Shown piece by piece: positions 1-10,331 of a stretch of DNA of 64,000 nucleotides; position 1 is the stretch's first letter; every line of letters starts with the position of its first letter. The stretch comes from an uncultured Methanosarcinales archaeon. Lineage in GTDB: Archaea > Halobacteriota > Methanosarcinia > Methanotrichales > Methanotrichaceae. The translations under genes and the position numbers were made by a program. The notes below the pieces were generated by a model, which worked only from the letters and a program-made list of their open reading frames with translations, had not been told where the DNA came from and did no database searches. The stretch spans positions 1-64,000 of the forward strand of contig CAWJKV010000007.1 in the NCBI GenBank assembly GCA_963843555.1, in the 5' to 3' direction.

Positions 1-1226
1 AGACTTGCATATTATTATAATTATGTAGCTCCTGCATTGGTCGGTTGTGGTGAGTTAGAAAAACAAAAATTGAAAGATTTGAGGGAACCTCGAATCGAGA
101 GACGTCTTAAAAGGAGAACTTAATTCATGGGGTTATTGAGACTCAAATAAATCACCTGCAATTGGGCGAAGAGATCAGCAAACTAGACGCAAGGCGACAA
201 TATGCTAACATGGTGAACGAATTTAAACAAACTGCTGATAGGAATCTCACTGAATCAGTTAATGGTGAGAGAATTTACCACACATTTTTTGACGAAATAT
301 TATATGATGGATTAGATCAGATTGATACTTTCTTCAGCAATTTATGGCCTCAAATCAAAGATCTGGAATATCTAAGGCATGAAAAGTTCGATGATTTCAA
401 TCTGGGTGACATTGGGGTTAACGTTAAATTAGATCTTCTATGCCGAAGAAAAGACGGTGGATTGCTCCTTTGCGACTGGAAAACAGGTTCCGACAATCCT
501 AAGTATGAAAATGAATTACAAATTGCGTCATATGTTCTTTGGGCTATCCAGAAATATGGAGTTGAGCCAAATCAAGTCACTTGTCAATTAGTCTATTTGA
601 AGAATGCTAAAGTACATGAATATGAATTCTCGAATACAAAGTTAGAGGAGATTAAAAATAAAATTTTTGGGAGATTTCGCAGAAATTAATAAAACATTTG
701 ACATAGATTATTTTTTGCCAAGTCAATATCCTCACATAGATGCATCAAATGCCGATTTAGTACGATTTGCAGATATTCAAAGGCTTGCGAATACCTTAAC
801 CGATTTAATCATTCTCCGAAAGTTGAAAATGGAAATAGCCAAAGCAAGATTGGCGACTTGATAAATTATCATGGAGATAACATTAAAAGGGAAAAGTTAC
901 TTGAAAATACTTTTGATCTAAAAAACAGGATCGACAATCTCCAACGAGAGCTTAATGGATTAAAGAAAGAGTATGAAAGTAATGTTGAACATGCAAAGGA
1001 ATTGGGAATAAAACAACAGGGAGAATATCGGCTAGAATTAGTAGTAAAAAAAAACAAGGAAATTAAAGATATAAATATTTTTAAAGATCTCTATCCCGAT
1101 CTATTTTTCGAATTGGCTTCAGTCCCTGTGACTGCTGCGGAAAAAATTGTTGGCAAAGAGGCAATAAAGGAAGCAGTCAAATTTACCGTTAAGGAGTTTT
1201 ATATTATTACAAGGACCAAAGAATAG
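1..1226 (+). CDS. PD-(D/E)XK (Cas4/AddB-like) nuclease with C-terminal Cys cluster and coiled coil; 5' partial, frameshifted
   Basis: RLAYYYNYV at the window start; KLDLL...LCDWKTG and QIASY nuclease motifs in ORF 162-689; CIKCRFSTIC at 741-770 is in the same frame as ORF 858-1226, so the three track ORFs join through two compensating frameshifts. Confidence 0.7.
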
Positions 1227-1351
1227 ATCCCAAATAAATCGAAAATGGTATTAATATAATATTCTACGCAACCTTTGTAGAGTTTGTTATCATTCGGACC
1301 GTTTCGGTCCAAAAGCATAATAACCTAGTATCCGACTAAATGAGACTTTAA

Positions 1352-2000
1352 ATGATTCGCGTCATATCCCTGGACATGGATGGCACCCTGGTCAAATCCA
1401 GATTCGTGGACAAGGTCTGGATGGAAGGCATGCCTCAACTCTATGCCGGAAGTCAGGCCAGGACTTTCCTGCCGCCAAAGAATACGTGGTCGGCGAGTAC
1501 ATGAAGATCGGCAGCGACCACCTGGAGTGGTACGACCTCAAGTACTGGATAGACAAATTCGGCCTCACGATTGGCAAGGGGGAGCTGCTGGAGCTCTATG
1601 AGGATGAGATCGAGGTACTTATTCTGAGGTTGAGGAGGTGCTGGATCTTCTGGCCAAAGACTATGAGCTGGTGGTGACATCCAACGCCGCTCGCGAGTTC
1701 ATCGATATAGAGAGTGGACGGCCTGCAGGACTATTTCCGCGAGACCTTCTCTGCCACCAGCGACTTCCGGGAGGTGAAGAAATCACCTCTGCTCTACGGT
1801 GCCGTCTGTGCCCATATGAAAGCCAAGCCCATCGAGGTCCTGCACATCGGCGATCACTACAACTACGACTACGAGTCCGCTCTGACGCGGGCCTGGATGC
1901 GCTCTTTCTGGACCGCAAAGGCGAGCGCCAGGGGAGCGAGGTGGTGGGCGACCTGCGCGAGGCAGTGGAGCTGATCGGCGGATGCGTGTGTAAAAGTTAG
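1352..2000 (+). CDS. HAD-superfamily hydrolase (frameshifted)
   Basis: N-terminus [14 protein letters not shown] read from 1352; VVTSNA, VKKSP and [10 protein letters not shown] motifs spread over ORFs 1486, 1638 and 1714. Confidence 0.8.
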
Positions 2001-2612
2001 AGTTTCATAGATTGTCCACCGCGGCCGCGAGGTCAGATGGCCTGCACGGCATCGAGTGCACCCGGCAGGACGCATTTCGCCACTGGACCCAAAAATATGT
2101 TTGGATGATTCTTGCATTTAAATAAAATTTTCGAAATGTTTTTCAAATGCATATGATACCAATATCATCTTTGCAGGGACAACATTCGCACTTCTTCTGG
2201 GTTCCGCGAGTCGGCCTGCGGGCCTCCCGCGCTATGACTGGGCGCCCTCAACGCCGGGGCAGGCTCGGATACATAGCTTTGTACGGATAGTCCGGTATTG
2301 AAGCATCTTCCCTTCTGGATGCTCTGATCCCGATCCTCTTGTCATCTAAACCGCACGATATCGTTTGCATAGTGACCGTTTTTGATCCAGACCGATGCTT
2401 CTGGTTTCAGTGGCAACGTCGAGAAGCCTGATGGTCGCGGCCAGCCAGGCAACAGCTATCAGGCTGCTAGAATGATAGTGATTCCAAAGTTTCAGATCAA
2501 CATTCTTTTTACCAGCACTATTGATCCAGAAAAGCCAGGAAGGAGTCTGATCAGAGCCTTCTATATACTTTGATCAATATAAGTACTCGGGTTTTGATGT
2601 TTGAGGGGAGGG

Positions 2613-4683
2613 ATGAAAAGGGAACGGTAGAAATTTGTTCCTACCACCTGCCCTTACTGCGGCACAGGATGCAGTTTTTATCTGGTGGTCAGGGGCAATA
2701 AGGTCCTGGGAATAGAGCCCTGGCACAGCCCTCCTGTGAATGAGGGCAAGCTCTGCCAGAAGGGAAGGTACGCCCACGAGTTCATCCATAGCATCGACCG
2801 CCTCACCAGACCGCTGATAAGAAAGATGGAGCCTTTGTCGAATCCACCTGGAACGAGGCCTATCGCCTGATCGCAGAGAAGTTCAAATCCTACAAACCGG
2901 AGGAGTTTGGCTGCCTGGCCTCTGCCAAAGCCTCCAATGAAGATAACTACGTCATGCAGAAGTTTGCCCGTGTGGTGTTGAAGACCAACAGCGTTGACAA
3001 CTGTGCCAGGCTATGCCATTCTTCTACAGTCACTGCCCTCTCGGAGGTCTTCGGCTCAGCTGCCATGACCAACTCCATACTGGACCTGGAATAAGGCATA
3101 GTGCATATTTGTCATTGGAAGCAATACTTTTGAACAGCATCCCTTGATCGCAAGGAGGCTCGTCCTTGCCAGGAAGAATGGCGCCAGGATTATCTATGCC
3201 GATCCCAGGCAAACCCCTACCGCAAAGCAGTCAGACCTCTGCCTTTCCATGTATTCCGGTACCGATGTGGCACTGCTCAACGGACTGATGCACCATATCA
3301 TAGAGAACGGCTGGGAGGATGAGGAGTTCATCGCTCGCAGGACAAAGGGCTTTGATTCGCTAAAGAAAACGGTCATGTCGGAAGACTACAACCTCAAGAA
3401 CGTATCAGAGTATCTACGGCGTTCCTGAATCCGACCTGGCAAAGGCAGCGGAATGGATCGCAAAATCCAAACCTTGCGCTCTTATCTACTCCATGGGGAT
3501 CACCCAGCACACCACTGGAGTGGACAATGTCAAATCCGTCGCCAATCTGATGATGCTGACCGGAAACATCGGAAAGCCGGGCAGTGGTGTCAATCCCCTC
3601 CGGGGTCAGAACAACGTCCAGGGTGCCTGCGACATGGGCTGCTTACCGAATGTGTACAGCGGCTATCAGAAAGTGGCAGACGATGCGTCCCGCAGTAAAA
3701 TGATGATTTCATGGGGCGTGGATGAACTCGCCGGGGACGCGGGCTATACCGCCACCGAGATGATCGACCTGCTGGCAGACCAGCCCGGCAAAATAAAGTG
3801 CCTGTACATGATGGGTGAGAACCCCATGCTCTCCGACCCGACCTGAATCATGTTCGAAGAGCATTGGAGAACGTTGAATTCATGGTCTCTCAGGAGATCT
3901 TTCTCTCCGAGACGGCAGAGTTTGCAGATGTTGTCCTTCCTGCGGCCTGCTACGCCGAAAAGGACGGAACCCACACCAACACGGAAAGAAGGGTGCAAAG
4001 ATGGAGGAAGGCCGTCGACCCTCCGGGGGAGGCAAAGCCGGACTGGCTCATCGTCTGCGAGCTCGCAAGAGTCATGGGATACGAGAAACAGTTCCCCTAC
4101 AGTGACGCCAGCGAGATATTCGACGAAGTCGCCAGAGTCACGCCCTCTTATGGCGGAATGAATTACGAAAGGCTGGAGCACCCTTATGCCCTTCAGTGGC
4201 CGTGCCCGGACAGCAAGTCATCCGGGAACGCAGATACTCCACACGGAGAAGTTCTCAACTGCAGACGGCCTGGGCATCTTCACAGCAGTGCACTGGCGGC
4301 CGCCGGCAGAGGTCCCGGATTCCGGGTACCCGTTTATCCTGACCACCGGCAGGAGCATCTGGCACTGGCATACTGGAACCATGACCCGCCGCTCAGAGAC
4401 TCTGGCTAATGAGGTTAAGACCGGCTGGGTGGAAATTCAGACTGACGATGCCCGAAGGCTTGCCATAGCGGACGGCGAGATGGTCCGGGTCTCGTCCCGC
4501 AGAGGTGAGATAGAGATTACGGCGCGGGTGACGGAAGAGATCAAAGAAGGTGAGGTCTTCATACCGTTCCATTTCAAGGAGTGTGCCGCCAATATCCTGA
4601 CCAACAATGCAGTGGACTGCATAGCAAAGATTCCTGAATACAAAGCGTGTGCAGTAAAGATCGAAAAGATGGGGGAGTCATGA
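2613..4683 (+). pseudogene. fdhA: formate dehydrogenase alpha subunit (Cys type), interrupted by in-frame TAG and several frameshifts
   Basis: [63 protein letters not shown]...[10 protein letters not shown] and IPEYKACAV distributed over several frames. Confidence 0.85.
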
Positions 4684-4684
4684 A

Positions 4685-5879
4685 GTGCCTGCAAAAGGCG
4701 ATCTGATTCACGTCTCGGCCAGCGATCCCGTGATCAGAAAAAACGGCGAATCTGGAGGTGCCGTCACAGCCCTGCTCAAGTTCGCCCTTGAGGAAGGCAT
4801 TGTGGACGCGGTGCTCGCCGTCAAGAAAGGCAAAGACGTATACGATGCCTTACCCGTTCTCATCACGGACCCAAACGAGGTCCTGGAGACCAGCAGGCTC
4901 CATCTATGAGGGCACGCTTCTCCTCTCCAAATTTTTCGGTAAATATCTGCAGGGCGCAAGAGGGCTGAAGATCGGAGCCGCCCTCAAAGGCTGCGATGTG
5001 ATGGGAGTCTACGAACAGGCGAAGAGAAAGCAGCTCAATCTGGACAATTTGCTGATGATTGGCCTTAATTGCGGAGGGGCCACGACTCCCGCCATGATGA
5101 GGCGGTTGGTTTCGGAGGTCTTTGAGGTCGATCCGGAATCGGTGAAAAAAGAGACGATGTATAAAGGGCATCTATACATCACCTATGACGGCCAGCAAAA
5201 AGATCAGCAGAAAGATATCTCCATTCCCAAACTTGAGGAAGCAGGTTATGGCAGAAGAAGCAATTGCAGACGCTGCAAGATGAAGGTTCCGAGACAGGCG
5301 GACCTGGCCTGCGGGCAGTGGGGCGTCAGGGAAGATCTGGTGGGAAAGGCCACTTTTGTCGAAGTATGCAGCGAGCGGGGTGCAGAGCTGATCAATAGAG
5401 CCCTGGAGGCAAAAGCCATAGGAACGGACGTTCCGGATGCTTCATGCATCAAGGCCCGAAAGAGAAGAGAGGAGGCAGTATTGAAATTGGCAGACACCTG
5501 GCGTGAGCGCGATTTTGCACCATTGCAGAGCAGCAGAGAGCGGCTGAAGATGATGATCGAGGAGACGAGTCGATGTATCAAGTGCTACACCTGTGTAGAG
5601 GTATGTCCGGCCCTCTTCAATAGCACTAAGCCCTATATGACTGCATTTCCTGGCAAGGTTCCACCAGAGTTCGGATTCCACCTGTTGCGCTACGCTCATG
5701 TTGCCGATTCCTGCATAGATTGTGGCCAGTGCGAGGAGCTGTGTCCCATGGATATACCGAATGCACGGTTTATGCACGCCATCGAAGCCGACCTGGAAGC
5801 GCTTTATGGCTATCATGCAGGAGAGGACATGTCAAATCCCGTGATGGCGATCATGGAGGATCCTGAAAGGAATAAATAA
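4685..5879 (+). CDS. fdhB: F420-dependent formate dehydrogenase beta subunit (one frameshift near 4895)
   Basis: GESGGAVTALL, LKGCD, GLNCGG, RRSNCRRC, ADLACGQWG and two C-terminal 4Fe-4S motifs; directly follows fdhA. Confidence 0.9.
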
Positions 5880-5903
5880 GAGAGCAAATATGGTCTATCC
5901 GGT

Positions 5904-6551
5904 ATGAATCGAGATACTTCGCTAATCCTGGCGCTGGATGTTAACTCCCGAGATAGAGCCCTTATTCTAGCGGAGCAGTTAAAAGACTATTTCGACGCCA
6001 TAAAGATCGGCTACCCTCTCATCCTCCCCGCGGGCTTGAAGATCGTCAAAGAGATCAGCGTTATTGCACCTGTTATCGCCGACCTGAAGGTCGCTGATAT
6101 TCCTAACACCAACCGGCTCATATGCGAAGCGGTGTTAGAAGCAGGTGCATGCGGTATTATCGCCCAGGCCTTCCCGGGCAAAGACTCCCTGATCGCCTGC
6201 GCCGATTGCGCCGCAAGTTATGGAGCGGATCTATATGCTGTCACCGAGATGAGCCACCCAGGAGCCGAGCAATTCATGGCACCCCAGGCGGAGAGCATGG
6301 CCCGGATGGCAGTGGAAGCCGGCGCCAGTGGTGTTGTTGCCCCGGCCACACGCCCGGAGAGGATCAGGCTCATCCGCTCCATTATCGGGAACAGGGTCAT
6401 CATATCTCCAGGCGTGGGTGCCCAGGGAGGCTCGGCCCAACTGGCTCTGCAGGCAGGGGCGGATTATCTGATTGTGGGAAGATCGGTCTATGAGGCAGAG
6501 AACCCGGCAGCCTGTGTGAAGAGGCTGATCAGCGAGATTGGCCGGGAGTAA
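5904..6551 (+). CDS. pyrF: orotidine 5'-phosphate decarboxylase
   Basis: LILALD, DLKVADIPNT, EMSHPG, SPGVGAQGG, IVGRS. Confidence 0.97.
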   Translation: MNRDTSLILALDVNSRDRALILAEQLKDYFDAIKIGYPLILPAGLKIVKEISVIAPVIADLKVADIPNTNRLICEAVLEAGACGIIAQAFPGKDSLIACADCAASYGADLYAVTEMSHPGAEQFMAPQAESMARMAVEAGASGVVAPATRPERIRLIRSIIGNRVIISPGVGAQGGSAQLALQAGADYLIVGRSVYEAENPAACVKRLISEIGRE

Positions 6552-6665
6552 AAAACCCTCTGCTTCACCGTATCAAGACCGGCTATAATCCTTTCAGTGT
6601 CATTTTCAGGATCAGCTCGGGGCCAATTCAGAACTTTTCTATACTTTGCCAGGAGAAGAGTTATT

Positions 6666-6956
6666 ATGATAGTTGCAGAATTCTCCACCATCCCCATGGG
6701 CGCGGGTACCAGTGCTTCCAATTACGTGCTGGCGATCCATAAGCTCCTGAGGGAATCCGGGATTAAGTTCGTCCCCGGCCCCATGTCTACAGCCTTTGAA
6801 GCGAACAGCTTTGAAGAGCTCTTCAAGACGATAGAGTTGGCGAACAAAAAGCTGGCCGAGATGGGTGTGCAACGAATAATAACCTCTATTCGCATCGATT
6901 ACCGACTTGATAAGGATATATCCATCGAGTCCAAACTGTGTAAAGTCAGAGACTGA
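6666..6956 (+). CDS. MTH1187/YkoF-family thiamine-binding protein
   Basis: MIVAEFSTIPMG...GPMST...RIITSIRIDYRLDK pattern. Confidence 0.85.
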   Translation: MIVAEFSTIPMGAGTSASNYVLAIHKLLRESGIKFVPGPMSTAFEANSFEELFKTIELANKKLAEMGVQRIITSIRIDYRLDKDISIESKLCKVRD

Positions 6957-7401
6957 GCGATACATCAGCGAGGGAGTAGCCTTGGTGTAAACAGTTGTCA
7001 AGTTTTGCACAAATGGGAGAGGAAGGACTGGAAGAACTCGTCATTGACATTCAGAGATGTTTTTGTCACTTTCGATTGCAATCGAGCAGCACTATCTCTT
7101 TCAGGTCGCCAAACTCGGACAAGGAAGCCATCTTCTAGCTCCTATTAATCACCGGATTTCGGGCATAAGGGCCCAAGGAGGGTATCTCTACTGGTTTTGT
7201 AAGCGTTTCTTCTTAACTTCTTTTCTCATACATTATCATATATGAAATATTCGTCCGAAAAGGCAAACATATATATTCATGCTTAATAGTGGTATATCTG
7301 GCGGAGGCAGGCCGGAAGCAATCGACTCTGAAAGCGCCTGATCCGAGCTTGACGTGACCTTGGCTCATTCCCCTTCAGATTGCTGCGAAACTGGAGGTTG
7401 A

Positions 7402-7626
7402 AGCATAACCGGATTAAGAGAAAAAGGGACGGAGAAGCTGGAAGCAGATTCAGGGATTGTCTTCAATGAACACACCTGTGGCGCGGAAGACGAAAGAGAA
7501 TGCAGCATGATAAGGCATCAAATCCTGGCCGAGATTCACAAGTCCAATGCACCCGCCTGGGTGGCAGAAGAACTGGAGAAGCGGCTGTACTGCCAGGGAT
7601 GCAGGATCGCCGTTGCTAACCGATAA
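7402..7626 (+). CDS. small HTCG/CxxC protein, paralog of 12057-12305 (absent from ORF track; start codon uncertain)
   Basis: Open frame ...EKGTEKLEADSGIVFNEHTCGAEDERECSMIRHQILAEIHKSNAPAWVAEELEKRLYCQGCRIAVANR*, aligning with ORF 12036. Confidence 0.75.
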   Translation, partial: SITGLREKGTEKLEADSGIVFNEHTCGAEDERECSMIRHQILAEIHKSNAPAWVAEELEKRLYCQGCRIAVANR

Positions 7627-7849
7627 GCTGACAGAGGCCCGATGCAGTGATATGCCCATCAGTGGCAGCTCTTGTGAAAATTCTGAAACGGTATTAAGCC
7701 CGGCTATCCAGGGAATCATGGTGCTATTCTTTTATAAGCCAAATGCCCCGCTTCCGCAATCTGCGGCTGCCATATTCTTGGAAATAAGGGCCGAGAATGG
7801 CAGAAGAGGGATCAGGAAAATCGAGAAGTTAGTCCCCTGAGGTGGCCTG

Positions 7850-8317
7850 ATGCAGGATGCTGACCAGAAGAAGCTGGATGAAATATTAAATAAATATGAT
7901 GAATCCGAAGGATTCTTGATTCAATTGTTGCTGGACCTGCAAAACGAGTTCAACTGGATTCCGCGAGATGCCGTCAGAGAGCTCTCCGAAAGGCTGAAAA
8001 TCCCTCCCAGCCGGATATTCAGGATTGCCAGCTTTTATAAAGCGATGAGCCTCGGTCCAGTTGGAAAGCATGAGATAAGCGTTTGCATGGGCACTGCTTG
8101 CCAGGTACGCGGCGCACAGAGAATACTGGACCTGACTGAATCGAAATTGAAGGTAAAACAGGGCGAGACAACGCCGGACATGAACTTCACACTGAAAAGG
8201 GTGAACTGCCTGGGCTGCTGTGCCATAGGGCCGGTAGTGGTAGTAGATGATGATTATTATGGCCGGGTGGCATCCGAGAAAGTGGACAAGATATTGAAGC
8301 AGTACAGTCGGGAGTGA
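7850..8317 (+). CDS. NuoE/HydC-like 2Fe-2S subunit
   Basis: VCMGTACQVRG and VNCLGCCAIGP motifs. Confidence 0.95.
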   Translation: MQDADQKKLDEILNKYDESEGFLIQLLLDLQNEFNWIPRDAVRELSERLKIPPSRIFRIASFYKAMSLGPVGKHEISVCMGTACQVRGAQRILDLTESKLKVKQGETTPDMNFTLKRVNCLGCCAIGPVVVVDDDYYGRVASEKVDKILKQYSRE

Positions 8318-10329
8318 GTGGCAGGATGGCGAGGCTCAAATCAATAAGAGACCTGGAGAGGCTTCGATCTGAAATCGAATTCCAGAGAGATCAATTGAAG
8401 CCTCTGGTTGCAATATGTGCCGGCACGGGCTGCATAACTCTTGGGGCTAGATTGGTCGTCAGCGCCTTTCGTAAAGATGTGCATATGAGAGGTCTGGACA
8501 GAGAGATAGAGATCAAGGAGACCGGATGCCCCGGCTTTTGCGAAAAGGGAACTCTGGTGGTCGTATACCCACAGGGAATCTATTATCTCGGAGTCCAGCC
8601 GGATGATGTGCCAGAAATTGTGGAGGAGACGATCCTCAATGGCAGGCTGGTAGATCGTCTTCTTTACGAGGACCCGGAAACCGGCAAAAAGGCAACGCAG
8701 GAAAGCGATATTCCATTTTATAAGTATCAGATGCGGCATCTCATAAAAGATAATATAAAAATAAATCCCAAAAATATTGAGGACTACATAGCTCTGGGCG
8801 GCTACCGTGCCCTGGCCAGGGCCTTATCAGAAATGACTCCGGAAGAGGTGATCGGAGAGGTAAAAAAGGCCAAACTACGGGGGAGGGGCGGAGGCGGATT
8901 TCCCACGGGACAGAAATGGGAATCGACTCGCCAGGCTCCTGGTCAGCCCAAGTATGTGATTGTCAATTGCGATGAGGGAGATCCCGGCGCTTTTATGGAT
9001 CGTGCGCTCATGGAGGGTAATCCGCACAGCGTTCTGGAGGGCCTGATCATTGCAGCGTACGCTATTGGATCGCATAGCGGTTTCATCTACGTGCGGATGG
9101 AATATCCACTGGCCGTGGAGAACGCAAAGTTCGCCCTGAGCCAGGCTCGAGAATATGGCTTGCTCGGCAAGAACATACTGGGCACAGGCTTTGATTTCGA
9201 TGCGTCCGTGCACCAGGGCGCAGGTGCCTTCGTCTCCGGAGAATCGACGGCCCTGATGAATGCCCTGGAAGGCAAGGTGGGCGAGCCCAGACCGAAATAC
9301 GTCCATACATCCGAGTGTGGTGTCTGGAATCTACCGAGCCTCCTCAACAATGTGGAGACCTTCGCAAATGTGCCTCTCATAATCAACAGGGGTGCTCAGT
9401 GGTTCAATTCCATTGGAACCGAACACAGTAAAGGGACCAAGATCTTCTCACTGGTGGGCAAGGTCAACAATACAGGTCTGGTGGAGGTTCCCATGGGAAT
9501 GACCCTTGCCGATATAATATACAAAATAGGCGGGGGAATACCTGGGAACAAGAGGCTCAAAGGAGTCCAGACCGGAGGCCCATCCGGTGGGATAATTCCT
9601 GCTTGCTATCTGGAAACGCCCGTGGATTTCGATGAACTCACAAGGCTGGGCTCCATGATGGGTTCGGGCAGCATAATTGTCATCGATGAGGACACATGTG
9701 CCGTAGATCTGGCCCGCTATTTTGTGGACTTTCTCTGCGACGAGTCCTGCGGCAAATGCCTGCCCTGCAGAGAGGGCCTGAGGCGGATGCAAGAGACATT
9801 GGAGGGTATCGTCTCCGGCAGAGGTAAAGAAGAGGATCTTGAGACACTCCAGGAGATAGCCGGTTTAATGAGAACGGCCTCGCTCTGTGCTTTAGGGCGA
9901 ACGGCAGTCAATCCGATCTTGAGCACGATTCGCTACTTCGAAGATGAGTACAAGGCCCATATCATAGAGAAAAGGTGCCCCTCGCTCTCCTGCAAGGATC
10001 TGGTTTCATATTTTGTAGAACCGGAGATTTGCATAGGTTGCGATCTGTGCCAGAAGAATTGTCCCCAGGGGGCAATCACGGGAGATAAAGACGGCATCTC
10101 AGTTATAGATCAATCAAAATGCACCCGATGTGGTATCTGCTTTGAGGTCTGTCCAGCAAAGGTGAGAGCTGTCAAGAAGGAATCCCGCGGCCTCTCGCAA
10201 TCCGAACCGAGTCAGCCAGGCCAGACTCAGCCCGAAACGACCCCGTCCGACCGGACTCGAGCTGATGATTCCAGCTCCCAACCGCTTTCGGATAGTGAAC
10301 TCTTCGCAAAAGGAAAGAGGGGTGACTGA
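8314..10329 (+). CDS. NuoF/HydB-like FMN/NAD(P)H subunit with N-terminal 2Fe-2S and C-terminal 2x[4Fe-4S]
   Basis: GRGGGGFP, NCDEGDPGAFMDR, NNVET, ESCGKCLPCREG, SLCALG, HIIEKRCPSLSC and two CxxCxxC ferredoxin motifs. Confidence 0.95.
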   Translation: MSGRMARLKSIRDLERLRSEIEFQRDQLKPLVAICAGTGCITLGARLVVSAFRKDVHMRGLDREIEIKETGCPGFCEKGTLVVVYPQGIYYLGVQPDDVPEIVEETILNGRLVDRLLYEDPETGKKATQESDIPFYKYQMRHLIKDNIKINPKNIEDYIALGGYRALARALSEMTPEEVIGEVKKAKLRGRGGGGFPTGQKWESTRQAPGQPKYVIVNCDEGDPGAFMDRALMEGNPHSVLEGLIIAAYAIGSHSGFIYVRMEYPLAVENAKFALSQAREYGLLGKNILGTGFDFDASVHQGAGAFVSGESTALMNALEGKVGEPRPKYVHTSECGVWNLPSLLNNVETFANVPLIINRGAQWFNSIGTEHSKGTKIFSLVGKVNNTGLVEVPMGMTLADIIYKIGGGIPGNKRLKGVQTGGPSGGIIPACYLETPVDFDELTRLGSMMGSGSIIVIDEDTCAVDLARYFVDFLCDESCGKCLPCREGLRRMQETLEGIVSGRGKEEDLETLQEIAGLMRTASLCALGRTAVNPILSTIRYFEDEYKAHIIEKRCPSLSCKDLVSYFVEPEICIGCDLCQKNCPQGAITGDKDGISVIDQSKCTRCGICFEVCPAKVRAVKKESRGLSQSEPSQPGQTQPETTPSDRTRADDSSSQPLSDSELFAKGKRGD

Positions 10330-10331
10330 GG

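Noticed and set aside
1296..1310. Hairpin ggacc-gtttc-ggtcc similar to the rpl15e leader stem
   Set aside because: Too short to distinguish from chance
2990..3030. Selenocysteine in FdhA
   Set aside because: The active-site motif reads CARLCH with TGC (Cys), not TGA
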